The notes below the pieces were generated by a model. The model was not told the origin of the DNA. It saw nothing but the letters and a program-made list of their open reading frames with translations, and ran no database searches. A program made the position numbers and the translations under genes. Shown one piece after another: positions 17,627-27,306 of a stretch of DNA of 64,000 nucleotides. Where the stretch lies: the IMG/VR virus record IMGVR_UViG_3300027255_000165; one strand, 5' to 3'. The stretch is from a virus (Duplodnaviria; Caudoviricetes). Within the stretch, counting starts at the first letter, position 1, and the number at the start of each line of letters is the position of its first letter.

Positions 17627-17960
17627 TCTTCTTGAAAATGATTTCTTCACCGTTCTCGTCATCAATCCAATCTATCACACCGTCTTGACGAAGACGAAGT
17701 AACGATTCATAGATGTCAATCTTAATTGTAATGTCATCGAATGCTTCAGCATCTAATTGTAGGTCTCCGTAATTGACTAGATTATCGGTCGCGGCTTCAC
17801 AAACCAAATCATGAAAAATATCTTCATGGGTTTGTGTTTTGAACAATACGTCATCATGGTGAACATGTTCATCAATGTGACGAACTCCCTGCACCATCTT
17901 GTCAGCGTATTCTTTAACTCGAGGAGTCCATTCGGTTGTGAAAAGATCTTCTAGTTTCAT
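17616..17960 (-). CDS. hypothetical protein
   Basis: ORF track. Confidence 0.55.
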   Translation of the reverse strand: MKLEDLFTTEWTPRVKEYADKMVQGVRHIDEHVHHDDVLFKTQTHEDIFHDLVCEAATDNLVNYGDLQLDAEAFDDITIKIDIYESLLRLRQDGVIDWIDDENGEEIIFKKNED

Positions 17961-17962
17961 GA

Positions 17963-18574
17963 TTAAAAGTTTACTTCTACTCCGATTGCTTCAACAATTA
18001 GTGTACGGCCACGACGAATACGATTCTTAATGGTTTGAAGAGGAAGGTCGTGCTTCTTGGCAATGTCTTCATACTTCATGTTACCGATCAAACGATCAAC
18101 TAAGATGTCTTTGTATAAAGGCTTGAGCTCGCGAATTGCTTTCAATGCATTTTCATACGTATCGTTCAATTCACTTTCTTCTTCGTACCAATCCATTTCA
18201 GATTTGTAAGCTGCATCATCGATTAATTCTTCAAGAGCACGTACATTATTCATGCTTGTAACTTCTACTCCGTATTCGTCACGAAGACGATCGATTGAAG
18301 TCTTACGATTACGTTCGCGAATGTAGTACAAAGATTCGTTGTAAGCAATGCGATATAACCAAGTGGTGATCTGATACTGTGGATCATACTGATCGATCTT
18401 AGTCCACATCTTAATTAAAGTGTTGACTGCGATGTCTTCAGCGATATCACTATCTTTGATGATATTCTTGACGTAGTTTTGAAGGCCTGGCTTTACCTTA
18501 CGGTAGAGAGCGGTGTAATCTTCGTGTGAACGAGTTGCAATGTAATTTTCTGTGAGTTCGCGATAAGTTGCCAT
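17963..18574 (-). CDS. RNA polymerase sigma-70 family (ECF-like) factor
   Basis: Region 2 (AEDIAVNTLIKMW, TTWLYRIAYN) and region 4 HTH (KYEDIAKKHDLPLQTIKNRIRRGR); start trimmed to MATYR. Confidence 0.9.
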   Translation of the reverse strand: MATYRELTENYIATRSHEDYTALYRKVKPGLQNYVKNIIKDSDIAEDIAVNTLIKMWTKIDQYDPQYQITTWLYRIAYNESLYYIRERNRKTSIDRLRDEYGVEVTSMNNVRALEELIDDAAYKSEMDWYEEESELNDTYENALKAIRELKPLYKDILVDRLIGNMKYEDIAKKHDLPLQTIKNRIRRGRTLIVEAIGVEVNF

Positions 18575-18598
18575 ATTCTTTGTTTTTTGGTGGTTACT

Positions 18599-18633
18599 GG
18601 GTAAATATAACAAAAAAATCTGAACCGTGAAAC
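18599..18633 (-). promoter_or_regulatory. repeated promoter motif, copy 2, upstream of the sigma gene
   Basis: TTTCACGGTTCAGATTTTTTTGTTATATTTACCC. Confidence 0.65.
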
Positions 18634-18660
18634 AGTTCAGTGAAAAAAGTTCAAACTTTT

Positions 18661-18885
18661 TTACTTTTGGTTCTTAGAGACGACCCCGTGGTTCTTGAAC
18701 AACAGGCTGAAAAGGACACTAATGCCCATGGCCTGCCAAAAAGAAACCGGGTTAACCGCATCAACTGCGGGAACGAGACAGTAATTCCAAAGGAACATTA
18801 CTGGCAATGCAAATAAGACCGCAGCTAGAGCGACTAAAACAATCACTACTACTGAGGCTCCGACAAGTTTGGTAAGATCTTCCAT
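18661..18885 (-). CDS. small membrane protein
   Basis: Two hydrophobic segments; LWNYCLVP...SFWQAMG pattern. Confidence 0.6.
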   Translation of the reverse strand: MEDLTKLVGASVVVIVLVALAAVLFALPVMFLWNYCLVPAVDAVNPVSFWQAMGISVLFSLLFKNHGVVSKNQK

Positions 18886-18907
18886 CTATCTAAATAACTA
18901 ATTACTA

Positions 18908-18942
18908 GGTAAATATAACAAATTCCGGTGACCCGGAGAAAC
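18908..18942 (-). promoter_or_regulatory. repeated promoter motif, copy 3
   Basis: TTTCTCCGGGTCACCGGAATTTGTTATATTTACC. Confidence 0.65.
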
Positions 18943-18967
18943 AATTGCGCAAAAAGTTATTAACAAT

Positions 18968-19495
18968 TTACTCAATGTCTTTATCTTCAAACAGCTTGAT
19001 CAGGTTACCAATCTTCATTGGTGTGTAATTCCAAAACTCACAAGCCATGTTAATCATCTTCTTCTTATGGTCAGGTTTGTACTTAGGGCTATAGAAACCA
19101 TAGTATAGGAAGTGTCCCTTTGACTTCTGGGGCCATTCCATCAGTGGCCAATAGGCAAATGTAGCATTCAGCTGAGGTTGCTCGAAGATACGGTTAATGA
19201 TCTGAGCGTTAGTCGGTAGAGCCTGCTTACCCTGCATGTCAAGGATTGCACTATCAAACTCAGCTGGAACCATTAGGATTCTACGACCGTTCAATTGCAT
19301 TAACACTTCTTCAGTGGTACTTGGATCCCATGCAAAGTTACCTAGATGAATGACATCATCTTCATCAGTAACTACTGAGTTCCAGCGCTGAATCATTTCT
19401 TCGTTCATTTCTTGAACGTTATCGAAAGGACGCTTGTTTTGCTTAATAATGGTGGCCCTGCCAAACTGGCAGTTACCAATCAGATATGTTGCCAT
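18968..19495 (-). CDS. calcineurin-like metallophosphoesterase homologue with degenerate metal ligands
   Basis: Family scaffold retained (RPFDNVQEMNEEMIQRWNSVVTDEDDVIHLG) but DxH, GD, GNHD and GHxH motifs are substituted. Confidence 0.72.
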   Translation of the reverse strand: MATYLIGNCQFGRATIIKQNKRPFDNVQEMNEEMIQRWNSVVTDEDDVIHLGNFAWDPSTTEEVLMQLNGRRILMVPAEFDSAILDMQGKQALPTNAQIINRIFEQPQLNATFAYWPLMEWPQKSKGHFLYYGFYSPKYKPDHKKKMINMACEFWNYTPMKIGNLIKLFEDKDIE

Positions 19496-20073
19496 TAAAT
19501 GGTGATGAATTTGATGTTATAATTCTTCCACAAAGTATCCATGAAATGGTATTCATTCGAACCAGATCTTGCGTTATGAACTCTTTTGTCTTCTGATGTA
19601 TCAATAAACAAACAGATCACGAAGTCATAATGAGTTGCATAGATCATTGACTGACCGATGCCAGATCTAAGATCCGAGCCTGAAGCTCCTCTCTTAACTT
19701 CAATCGCGATGCGAAGATCGCCAAATTCAAAGACCATGTCTGGGCGGTTTTGAGTGCCCATGAAAACGATGTTGTGAACGGTAGTATTAACGTTACCCTC
19801 CCATTTCAAAGCTTTCTTAACCTTGTCCTTGGCCTCATTGCGGCCAATGGCCTCGCTATCGATCAAGTATTGAGTCATGGCCTCAACTATGTGAGGATAC
19901 ATGAACTGTTTGATCTTATCTTCGTTCTGTTTCTTGTAGTCGATAGTTCCAAATATCTCGTCATGTGTGATTCCCTCACACAGCGCATCAAGAATTTGTA
20001 ACCTCTTCTTCGATTTGCTCGCTATCTTCATTGGTTGAAAGATTAAATTCGGACTCTTGCAATTGTTGCTCAA
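19495..20073 (-). CDS. PD-(D/E)XK nuclease-like protein
   Basis: RPDMVFEFGDLRIAIEVKRG followed by GIGQSMIY; true start probably at 20031. Confidence 0.6.
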   Translation of the reverse strand: MSNNCKSPNLIFQPMKIASKSKKRLQILDALCEGITHDEIFGTIDYKKQNEDKIKQFMYPHIVEAMTQYLIDSEAIGRNEAKDKVKKALKWEGNVNTTVHNIVFMGTQNRPDMVFEFGDLRIAIEVKRGASGSDLRSGIGQSMIYATHYDFVICLFIDTSEDKRVHNARSGSNEYHFMDTLWKNYNIKFITI

Positions 20074-20515
20074 GTTCCTGTAATTGTGCGTGAAGTTCTC
20101 TAACTTCTGCGTTTCTTTCAGCCAATTGATCTAGTGCCGATGTGACCTGCTGGCCGACGTTGGTCAATAGACGGGTGAAAGAACGTGCTTTTTCAACACC
20201 CGTTCCTGAAATGTTTAGAAGGATATTGTAAAGGCCTGTCAACTCAGTTGATCTCATCATGATTGAAAAAGCATCTTCGTCAGATGTTTGAGTTGCCTTT
20301 GATGCTTTGTATTGCTCCTTCAGTTTATCATATACGTAAACTGCTAAAGCTGCGTTTTTAGATTCCCACTGGTAATCTTTATCGATGTGTTGAAGAATTT
20401 TGGATACGTGTGAATAATCTTCAAAATTTAGTTCAAACTCGTGGTTTGCAATTTCTACCTGAAGATCAGTTGTCTTCTTCTCTAGTTCTTGGATTTGTGA
20501 TTTTAAGTCTTGCAT
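19988..20515 (-). CDS. coiled-coil hypothetical protein
   Basis: ORF track; GATATATA 19 nt upstream. Confidence 0.6.
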   Translation of the reverse strand: MQDLKSQIQELEKKTTDLQVEIANHEFELNFEDYSHVSKILQHIDKDYQWESKNAALAVYVYDKLKEQYKASKATQTSDEDAFSIMMRSTELTGLYNILLNISGTGVEKARSFTRLLTNVGQQVTSALDQLAERNAEVRELHAQLQELEQQLQESEFNLSTNEDSEQIEEEVTNS

Positions 20516-20539
20516 GTTAAGTGATTTAGATTTTATATA

Positions 20540-21013
20540 TCAAAAGTCCGGATTTGTTACACGGACATCAAAATTTTCGAAACCAACATATTGTTGCTCA
20601 TCGGCATTAATTCTACGCTCTAAGCTATCAACTGTATCGTTTCGTTCTTTCATTCTTTCAAGACGGGTGTCCCTATCAATATCAAGAAACATAACCATAC
20701 ACTTAAGTCTGATTTCTTCAGGTAGCATATCGACCGCTTCACGGTTTAGGATGATAACCTCGCTATTCTCAAATTCTTCACGAGTTAAACCGTAAAACCA
20801 ACCGTTAAATTGTTGGTACTCGATCATGTCACCTGTGTTAATCAGCCCTAAGAACTGATCTTCAGTCAAAAAGAAATAGTCTTTACCATTTTGTTCTCCT
20901 ACTCGAGGAGGACGAGTGGTACAAGAAACACCAAACTTAAATCCACGTTCAATCAAACGCTTTCTAAGGTGGTCTTTACCTGCAGCTGCTTTACCTACTA
21001 AAACGAGTTTCAT
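20540..21013 (-). CDS. gmk: guanylate kinase-like protein
   Basis: GKAAAGKD P-loop, VSCTTRPPRVGEQNGKDYFF, WFYGL. Confidence 0.88.
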   Translation of the reverse strand: MKLVLVGKAAAGKDHLRKRLIERGFKFGVSCTTRPPRVGEQNGKDYFFLTEDQFLGLINTGDMIEYQQFNGWFYGLTREEFENSEVIILNREAVDMLPEEIRLKCMVMFLDIDRDTRLERMKERNDTVDSLERRINADEQQYVGFENFDVRVTNPDF

Positions 21014-21894
21014 TTATTTAATACCTCAGTTTGGATATATTGTTTCAGATCTTGTGTTGCTTGCCAACCTAAAGTTTCGGTTGTATTGTTCGGAATCTCA
21101 ATCGCTTCCTTACGTTCACCTCTTTTTTCAGGAATAAACTTCCAGTCAGATTCAAACATCTGTGCAAGTTCAACAATCGTGTAAGGTTGACCTCTGCGAA
21201 GGAACCATTCTCCTTGATTACCGTTTTCATAAGCTGCGATCAAACCTGATACGATGTCATCAATGTGGGTGAAATCTCGAGTTTGAGTTCCGGGTTCAGT
21301 TACAGTTAGTTCTTTACCTTCACGGCGAAGTCGTTCAAAGATTCCAACGACGGTAGCGTAAGGACCTTTCTCGATTTGACCCTTGCCGTATACGTTAAAG
21401 AAGTAACAGATCTCGTATCGAAGACCGTACCATTCGGCGTAGTTCTTGATTAGTTCGACCATCTTAGCCTTTGACCAAGCGTAAGGTGAAAGGTTTTCAA
21501 GTGAACCGTTACGACCAAACTTTGAGCTTGAAGCTGAATAGATCAACTTAGCTCCCCAGTGACGACACAGTTCAAGGATTTGAGTGGTTCCATCAAGGTT
21601 AGATTCCCACACCTGTTCAGGTTGGTCAAAAGATACATCAATACGTGCAAACTCACCAAAGTGAAACACCACATCAAACTTTTGATCTAACCAATACTGC
21701 CGTTCTCTATCGTTCAGTAATCTATATGTTGAAATATCAAAGTATGTTACACGAGAATCGTTAACTTCATTTGATTTAGATCCACTCATATAGTTGTCTA
21801 CAGATTGAATCTGAATGTCTTTATACTTCTTTAAAAGTGCCTTGATTAGGTTTGAACCCACAAAACCTGAACCACCTGTTACTAATACTTTCAT
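21010..21894 (-). CDS. NAD-dependent epimerase/dehydratase
   Basis: TGGSGFVGS, SPYAWSK (YxxxK), FFNVYG, QTRDFTHIDD. Confidence 0.9.
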   Translation of the reverse strand: MKVLVTGGSGFVGSNLIKALLKKYKDIQIQSVDNYMSGSKSNEVNDSRVTYFDISTYRLLNDRERQYWLDQKFDVVFHFGEFARIDVSFDQPEQVWESNLDGTTQILELCRHWGAKLIYSASSSKFGRNGSLENLSPYAWSKAKMVELIKNYAEWYGLRYEICYFFNVYGKGQIEKGPYATVVGIFERLRREGKELTVTEPGTQTRDFTHIDDIVSGLIAAYENGNQGEWFLRRGQPYTIVELAQMFESDWKFIPEKRGERKEAIEIPNNTTETLGWQATQDLKQYIQTEVLNK

Positions 21895-21925
21895 CTTAAA
21901 TTATACCCATTGATGGGTGTTTTGT

Positions 21926-22372
21926 TTAATCTTTAGCTGCATTAATTAAGTCAGATGAAGATTGAATCTTTTCACCTCCAATGTTCCACAACATATCGAT
22001 CTTATAAGCCGAGCAGAATCCTGATTCTGGAGTGTTATTTTTAACTCTATCACCTCCGTTTGCAAATGCAATCGTACACTCAGGATACATCGTTTGAACT
22101 CGAACTAATAGATTGATTGCTGAATCATCATCGTCGTTAAACGCCATCACTTCATCGATCGAACGAAAAGATCGTAAGATCTCTGCTCGTTCTGCAAAAT
22201 TCATGAAAGCTTTACCCTTCTTGCGAACCAACCAACCGTCTGAATTAGCTCCCGCAATTACTTTATGACCAATCTCTTTGGCAGTGTTAAACATTCGGAC
22301 GTGACCCTTATGAACTGGGTCAAATCCACCACTTACAACTACAATGTCGTATTTCTTATCTCCTTCTATCAT
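21926..22372 (-). CDS. cytidylyltransferase/adenylyltransferase (RfaE domain II-like)
   Basis: SGGFDPVHKGH, FANGGDR, KIQSSS. Confidence 0.85.
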   Translation of the reverse strand: MIEGDKKYDIVVVSGGFDPVHKGHVRMFNTAKEIGHKVIAGANSDGWLVRKKGKAFMNFAERAEILRSFRSIDEVMAFNDDDDSAINLLVRVQTMYPECTIAFANGGDRVKNNTPESGFCSAYKIDMLWNIGGEKIQSSSDLINAAKD

Positions 22373-22974
22373 TTTTCGTAATTAAACGTTTCAAAATCTC
22401 TTTTGTATAATTCGTAAACCATTTTCTTGGTTTCTGGTGTGTAATACTCTTCCCAGTGTCTTCCTTCTCGATGTAGTGTTATGTTAGATTTGCACATTGA
22501 TCTAGCAGGTGTTGAAAATCCTTCAGGAATGTTGTTTTTAATTTCATCAACTATTTCTGGCCATTCTTTATCTAGGGTTTCAAACCTAATAATTTTATCA
22601 ACTAATATGTTCTTTTTGATGGCAATGAAACGGGCTTGAGGCCACCAGTGTCTATTTTCAGTGGTATAAAAGAATCTGCCTCTTTCATAAAACATCTTAA
22701 CCACATCTTCAAATTCAACAGACCATCTATAATCATTATCTGGATCTCGATAATACTCAAAGTTAGATACAAATCGATCGTATGGGTTTCGAACACATGC
22801 AAAAGAAAAGTAACTTTCAATCAGCTCAGGATCGTTCTTAGATAGAGTTTCAATGTACATTTCATGTTCATGGTTATCGCAATCCGTTGGATTGCTTAAA
22901 ACCGAATGAATTGAAGTTGAGGCGTTCTTTGGGATTTGCACAAAGACTGTGCGCCATTTATGATATGTGCTCAT
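22369..22974 (-). CDS. sulfotransferase family 2 protein
   Basis: FVQIPKNASTS, VRNPYDRFVS, WWPQARFI, IRFETL, YKRDFETFNY. Confidence 0.88.
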   Translation of the reverse strand: MSTYHKWRTVFVQIPKNASTSIHSVLSNPTDCDNHEHEMYIETLSKNDPELIESYFSFACVRNPYDRFVSNFEYYRDPDNDYRWSVEFEDVVKMFYERGRFFYTTENRHWWPQARFIAIKKNILVDKIIRFETLDKEWPEIVDEIKNNIPEGFSTPARSMCKSNITLHREGRHWEEYYTPETKKMVYELYKRDFETFNYEK

Positions 22975-23761
22975 GTTGTTTTGACCATTTTGGATTAAAC
23001 CAGAATCTACGACCGTTCCTGTCTATGATGTTATCCATTGCTGGATTTCCATAACATAGCATAAACTCGTCCCAGTTTTGGGGTTGAATGTTGTAAGGGT
23101 TCTCCCAGTCTTTGATTGAACCTCCTCCGAGTTTATAGGCTTCTAAGGGTATTCTTCGACACAATTCCAGAATTTCGGGCCCCTGTTCAATTGCATCCTT
23201 AGTTGAAAGGAATGGATTCACATCAGCTCGATACAGGATCTCTGCTCGAAGATAGTTACCAATGCCATTAAAGTACTTTTGATTCATCATCACCTCGTGA
23301 ATGGGCTTCTTAAACTCCTTTGATAGGATGTGACGGTCAATGTTCTTAAAAAATGATTCGTAATCTGCGGTTGGATCTGGGCCTCGATTATCTGACCAGT
23401 TGAGTGTTTTCTTCCACTTACCAAATCGACGAACATCCACAAAACACAAGGCAACTGAACCATGTGCATAAAAGATTAGATGTGCATGTTTTGGGATCTC
23501 GTTCAGAGGAACCAGCTTAAAGTATCCGCTCATTCCCATTGTCATTAGCAATGTGGTTGAATTACCCCTTGAAAGGCCATCTGACAGAGTTAGCATTAAT
23601 TCTTTACCCCTGCTCTTGGCAGATACGGTAAACTTATGAAATGGAACTTCAACCTTCTCACCCTTGTGTTGAGGATTCTTTTCAATCCTCTGAAAGGTAA
23701 GACCTTCGCACATCTCATTGATGTAATCGGCGGTGATTTTAAGCTCTGCTAACTCTGGCAT
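22958..23761 (-). CDS. nei: Fpg/Nei-family DNA glycosylase, NEIL1-like
   Basis: N-terminal PEL, SRGKELML, FVDVRRFGKW, FNGIGNYLRAEILYR (H2TH); no C-terminal Cys4 finger. Confidence 0.88.
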   Translation of the reverse strand: MPELAELKITADYINEMCEGLTFQRIEKNPQHKGEKVEVPFHKFTVSAKSRGKELMLTLSDGLSRGNSTTLLMTMGMSGYFKLVPLNEIPKHAHLIFYAHGSVALCFVDVRRFGKWKKTLNWSDNRGPDPTADYESFFKNIDRHILSKEFKKPIHEVMMNQKYFNGIGNYLRAEILYRADVNPFLSTKDAIEQGPEILELCRRIPLEAYKLGGGSIKDWENPYNIQPQNWDEFMLCYGNPAMDNIIDRNGRRFWFNPKWSKQHEHIS

Positions 23762-23791
23762 GGTGATTATATTTGTTGTGGTTTAATTGTT

Positions 23792-24004
23792 TCATTTTAC
23801 GTGGAACAGCACCCAAAATAGAGCATCAACAAATTCGCACCACACGTACATAATAACCCAATAGATCAGGAATTTAGACCATTCGGGTAGGTGAACCTCT
23901 ACTCGTTCTTTTTCAGGATGCTTCTTTTTAGAGCGATGACGTAACCATCTACTTACAGTTGCAAGTGCTCCAGCATAAAAGAAGTTCTGAGGGAAATCTA
24001 TCAC
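23792..24004 (-). CDS. small membrane protein
   Basis: ORF track. Confidence 0.5.
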   Translation of the reverse strand: MIDFPQNFFYAGALATVSRWLRHRSKKKHPEKERVEVHLPEWSKFLIYWVIMYVWCEFVDALFWVLFHVK

Positions 24005-24345
24005 GCCTTAACAAAGATTTGAACGAATATTAGCGCTAATGCTAGCACCAATGAAATGCCAGTCTTAACATTAACACCTTCTCCCATAAATGCCCATGTC
24101 ATTAGTGCAAACACAATCATGCCGCTGGAAAAACCAATGAATCGACCAGGCCACAACACTCCATCAAAGTGTTCAACTACCATTCGAGTGGCGTAAATGA
24201 CAATGTAAGAAATGACTGAACCTGTGATAATTGAAACCGCAATTGGATGCTTCTTAAACCAGGGCCAAATGAATTGACCATTAGTTTGAATCCAAATCAA
24301 CGATTGGCCTAACATGAACAACAAGAAACCCCAGAACAGCTTCAA
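24001..24345 (-). CDS. multi-pass membrane protein
   Basis: Four hydrophobic segments. Confidence 0.6.
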   Translation of the reverse strand: MKLFWGFLLFMLGQSLIWIQTNGQFIWPWFKKHPIAVSIITGSVISYIVIYATRMVVEHFDGVLWPGRFIGFSSGMIVFALMTWAFMGEGVNVKTGISLVLALALIFVQIFVKA

Positions 24346-24971
24346 AACAATGAAGAGGTTGTAGTCAACATGTGACTGATGAATGACATACGGTGGTGCT
24401 TGCTAGCACCTTCAGATACAATGGCATTACGATGCTGAGCAGAACCGTAACCCTTGTTTGAAGCCCAACCGTATTCGGGCTCTTCCTTTGACAGCTCACG
24501 CATCAGGTTGTCTCGCTCAGTTTTAGCCAAGATTGATGCAGCTGCAATGTTAACGTATTTGTTGTCTCCGCCAACTACACAAACGAAAGGAACTCCATGA
24601 AAACCATGAAACTGATCACCGTCAATGGTGATAAAGTCAAACATAATCTTCTTGTGAACCTCTGTCAGGCAGATTTCCATGCCTTTTAGGGTAGCATTCA
24701 AGATGTTATAGTTCTCAATATCTTCGATTGAAATGTGCTCGATATGATACGCCAGGACATTGTCAAGGACCATCTTACGTGCCTCGGCACGTTGACCTTC
24801 ATTAAGCAATTTTGAATCTCGAATCAATTCATGTTGAAAGCCTGGAGGCATGATACACGCTGCAACTGTCACTGGACCAGCAAGAGCCCCACGACCAGCT
24901 TCATCAACTCCAACCTCTACACCAGATTCATGGTAGGTGGACTTTAAAAGAATGTGCTTACCGGTAGTCAT
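24342..24971 (-). CDS. rnhB: ribonuclease HII
   Basis: GVDEAGRGALAGPV, RDSKLL, IDG, GGDNK, IAAASILAKTERD, NKGYG. Confidence 0.95.
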   Translation of the reverse strand: MTTGKHILLKSTYHESGVEVGVDEAGRGALAGPVTVAACIMPPGFQHELIRDSKLLNEGQRAEARKMVLDNVLAYHIEHISIEDIENYNILNATLKGMEICLTEVHKKIMFDFITIDGDQFHGFHGVPFVCVVGGDNKYVNIAAASILAKTERDNLMRELSKEEPEYGWASNKGYGSAQHRNAIVSEGASKHHRMSFISHMLTTTSSLF

Positions 24972-25012
24972 ATAAGATAATTTAGATCTTATACAACGTA
25001 TATGTAAAAAGT

Positions 25013-25705
25013 TTACTTGTTATTGTCGACTTTCCACTTGTCGTACTTGTTAACGATCTCTTGTAGAATTTTAGCGCGAACAATATCTTTTTCGCCGAAC
25101 ACATGAAAACCAACACCTTTGATTCCTCTTAGCATATCCATGAATGAAGGTAGAGAAACCTTTGACTTAATAATGTCATGTTGAGAAACATCGCCTGCAA
25201 CCACAACTTTAGAATCTTTACCCATACGAGTAACAAATAGCATCAACTGTTTGTAATCGGCGTTTTGGGCCTCATCTAGAATCATCAGCGCATTATCGTA
25301 GGTGTTACCTCTCATGTACGCTAAGGGTTCAAAGTCAAAGATTTTCTTTTCAAACATGATCTTGGTCTTTTCAGGCCCAATGATCTTTTCAATGTTTGAC
25401 TTATAAGATTGAATGTAAGGAGCGATCTTTTCGTCTACCTCACCTGGAAGAAAACCAAGCTTTTCGCCGGCTTCCTGAATTGGCTTACAAAGAATGACCC
25501 TTTCAATCTCCTTTGCTTCCAACATTTTTAGAGCGGCATAACATGCCGTGTAAGTTTTTGATGTTCCGGCTGGACCGTAACAGAATGTAATTTGATTATC
25601 GTTAATGGTATGTAAGTATTGTTGCTGAGTTTGACGAAGTTGAACTCCCTTAAGGCTTGTTCCGTCAAAAACTCTGCGGCTGGATTGACCGTTTCGTTCT
25701 GCCAT
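25013..25705 (-). CDS. phoH: PhoH family ATPase
   Basis: GPAGTSKT, GEKLGFLPG, EPLAYMRG, LDEAQN, TRMG, GDVSQHD. Confidence 0.95.
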   Translation of the reverse strand: MAERNGQSSRRVFDGTSLKGVQLRQTQQQYLHTINDNQITFCYGPAGTSKTYTACYAALKMLEAKEIERVILCKPIQEAGEKLGFLPGEVDEKIAPYIQSYKSNIEKIIGPEKTKIMFEKKIFDFEPLAYMRGNTYDNALMILDEAQNADYKQLMLFVTRMGKDSKVVVAGDVSQHDIIKSKVSLPSFMDMLRGIKGVGFHVFGEKDIVRAKILQEIVNKYDKWKVDNNK

Positions 25706-25719
25706 TTTATGTACTTTGT

Positions 25720-25980
25720 TTAGTCACCGGCCATTATGACCAGTTCCTTCAGTTTTACAAGCTTGTCACATTTCTCATATTCTTCAAGATCTTCAAAATA
25801 ATTCACCAATACATCGATAAACTTAGATCTTTGACCAATGCCATGAGGGATTTCAACGACATTCTCTCCGTCCTTAAATACAACAAACCTGTTGACTGTC
25901 TTGGTGAAATTACGAGTCAAGGTATAATATGCTGCTCTCATCAGAGAGTCTTTCTCCTCGTTTGAAATCTCGAATGACAT
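25720..25980 (-). CDS. hypothetical protein with UVR-like C-terminal motif
   Basis: YFEDLEEYEKCDKLVKLK. Confidence 0.6.
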   Translation of the reverse strand: MSFEISNEEKDSLMRAAYYTLTRNFTKTVNRFVVFKDGENVVEIPHGIGQRSKFIDVLVNYFEDLEEYEKCDKLVKLKELVIMAGD

Positions 25981-26070
25981 TGTGTTCTCCTCTTTGTTTG
26001 AATTTGTGTGTTATGGTATATATTTTGTATCAAGTGATACGGTTGCCAAATTCAAACTTTAAATAAGATA

Positions 26071-26265
26071 TTACAATTGTCCGTTATTCTTTAACCACTG
26101 TTGGGTTTTCTTTATCTTAAGCTTCTTAATACGTCTTTCAGTCGTTGGCTTGATGTAGTCTTGTTTTTCACGAAGACTTTTCAACTGACGGGTCTTAATG
26201 ACCTTTGACTTGTATTTCTTAAGAGCTTGTTCGATGTTACCGTTTTTAACGTCTATCTTAAGCAT
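26071..26265 (-). CDS. rpsU: ribosomal protein bS21
   Basis: [34 protein letters not shown]. Confidence 0.85.
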   Translation of the reverse strand: MLKIDVKNGNIEQALKKYKSKVIKTRQLKSLREKQDYIKPTTERRIKKLKIKKTQQWLKNNGQL

Positions 26266-26504
26266 TCTTTAATCTGTTTTATTTTTTGACACTGTTCGTA
26301 TCTTTCTTTTTGTTCGAACCACTGGATTAAGTTGTCTAAAGCGTTTTCAACTTCTTGACGTGGAACGTTATTTTGATTTAGGATTTTCTCGTGATTTTCA
26401 ATCAGGGTATTATATAGGGCTTGGTACATCGCATCTTTTGAGACCGTCGATAGGTCCATCAAATACGAAAAGAAACCCGCACTATCACCGTCCTTCCAAT
26501 TCAT
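26253..26504 (-). CDS. hypothetical protein with UVR-like C-terminal motif
   Basis: [18 protein letters not shown]. Confidence 0.6.
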   Translation of the reverse strand: MNWKDGDSAGFFSYLMDLSTVSKDAMYQALYNTLIENHEKILNQNNVPRQEVENALDNLIQWFEQKERYEQCQKIKQIKECLR

Positions 26505-27306
26505 TGATTTTATCCTTCATTTTTTGAACCTCTTCGATTTGTTGTTGATTCAGATTCGGGTAAGAAGCATTTAATTGAATCATCATGGAACCGCGTTGAT
26601 TTGTATTATATATTGGCCACCCATGATCTTTAATTCTTAAAGTCTTACCGTGAAAACTATTGACTGGAACGGAAACCTTAATAGATCTTCCATCCATGGT
26701 GTCAACTTGAATTTTTGTACCAACTACAAGGTCCCACCATGGTATGTCATAACCGATGTAAATATCATCACCTCGTAGGATGAAGCGCGAATTCATTAGG
26801 ACTTCAAACTCAACAATCAGGTCTCCAGGACCAGCCGTTGGGTTATATGGATTGATTTGGCCTTTGCCAGGAAGTTTGAACTTCATGCCAGTCTTAATAC
26901 CTGGAATCAATCGAACGTCAATGTTTTGACCATTAATGTTAATGGTTCTCATTCCTCCTTTGAACGCATCTTCAAACGGTAGAGTCATTGTAACTCGAAT
27001 GTCCTGTCCTCGACGTTGGCGAGGATCACCTCCAAAGAATTGATTGAATAAGTCAGAGAAATTACCATCTGCGCCAAATCCATTTTGGCCCATGAATGGA
27101 TTAACCAGACTGGCATCGTATTTGATGCGTTCGGTATCATCGCTGAGAGTTGAATAAGCTGTTGAAATTTCTTTAAACTTTTCCTCAGCTGTAGTATCCC
27201 CTTGATTCGCATCAGGATGATACTTTTTAGCAAGGTCCCGATACGCTTTTTTGATTGTTTCCTTATCAGCATGCTGAGTGACCCCTAAAACGTCATATAG
27301 GGTCAT
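26485..27306 (-). CDS. DnaJ/CbpA-class co-chaperone
   Basis: J domain with HPD, G/F region and DnaJ C-terminal domain; no zinc finger. Confidence 0.92.
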   Translation of the reverse strand: MTLYDVLGVTQHADKETIKKAYRDLAKKYHPDANQGDTTAEEKFKEISTAYSTLSDDTERIKYDASLVNPFMGQNGFGADGNFSDLFNQFFGGDPRQRRGQDIRVTMTLPFEDAFKGGMRTININGQNIDVRLIPGIKTGMKFKLPGKGQINPYNPTAGPGDLIVEFEVLMNSRFILRGDDIYIGYDIPWWDLVVGTKIQVDTMDGRSIKVSVPVNSFHGKTLRIKDHGWPIYNTNQRGSMMIQLNASYPNLNQQQIEEVQKMKDKINELEGR

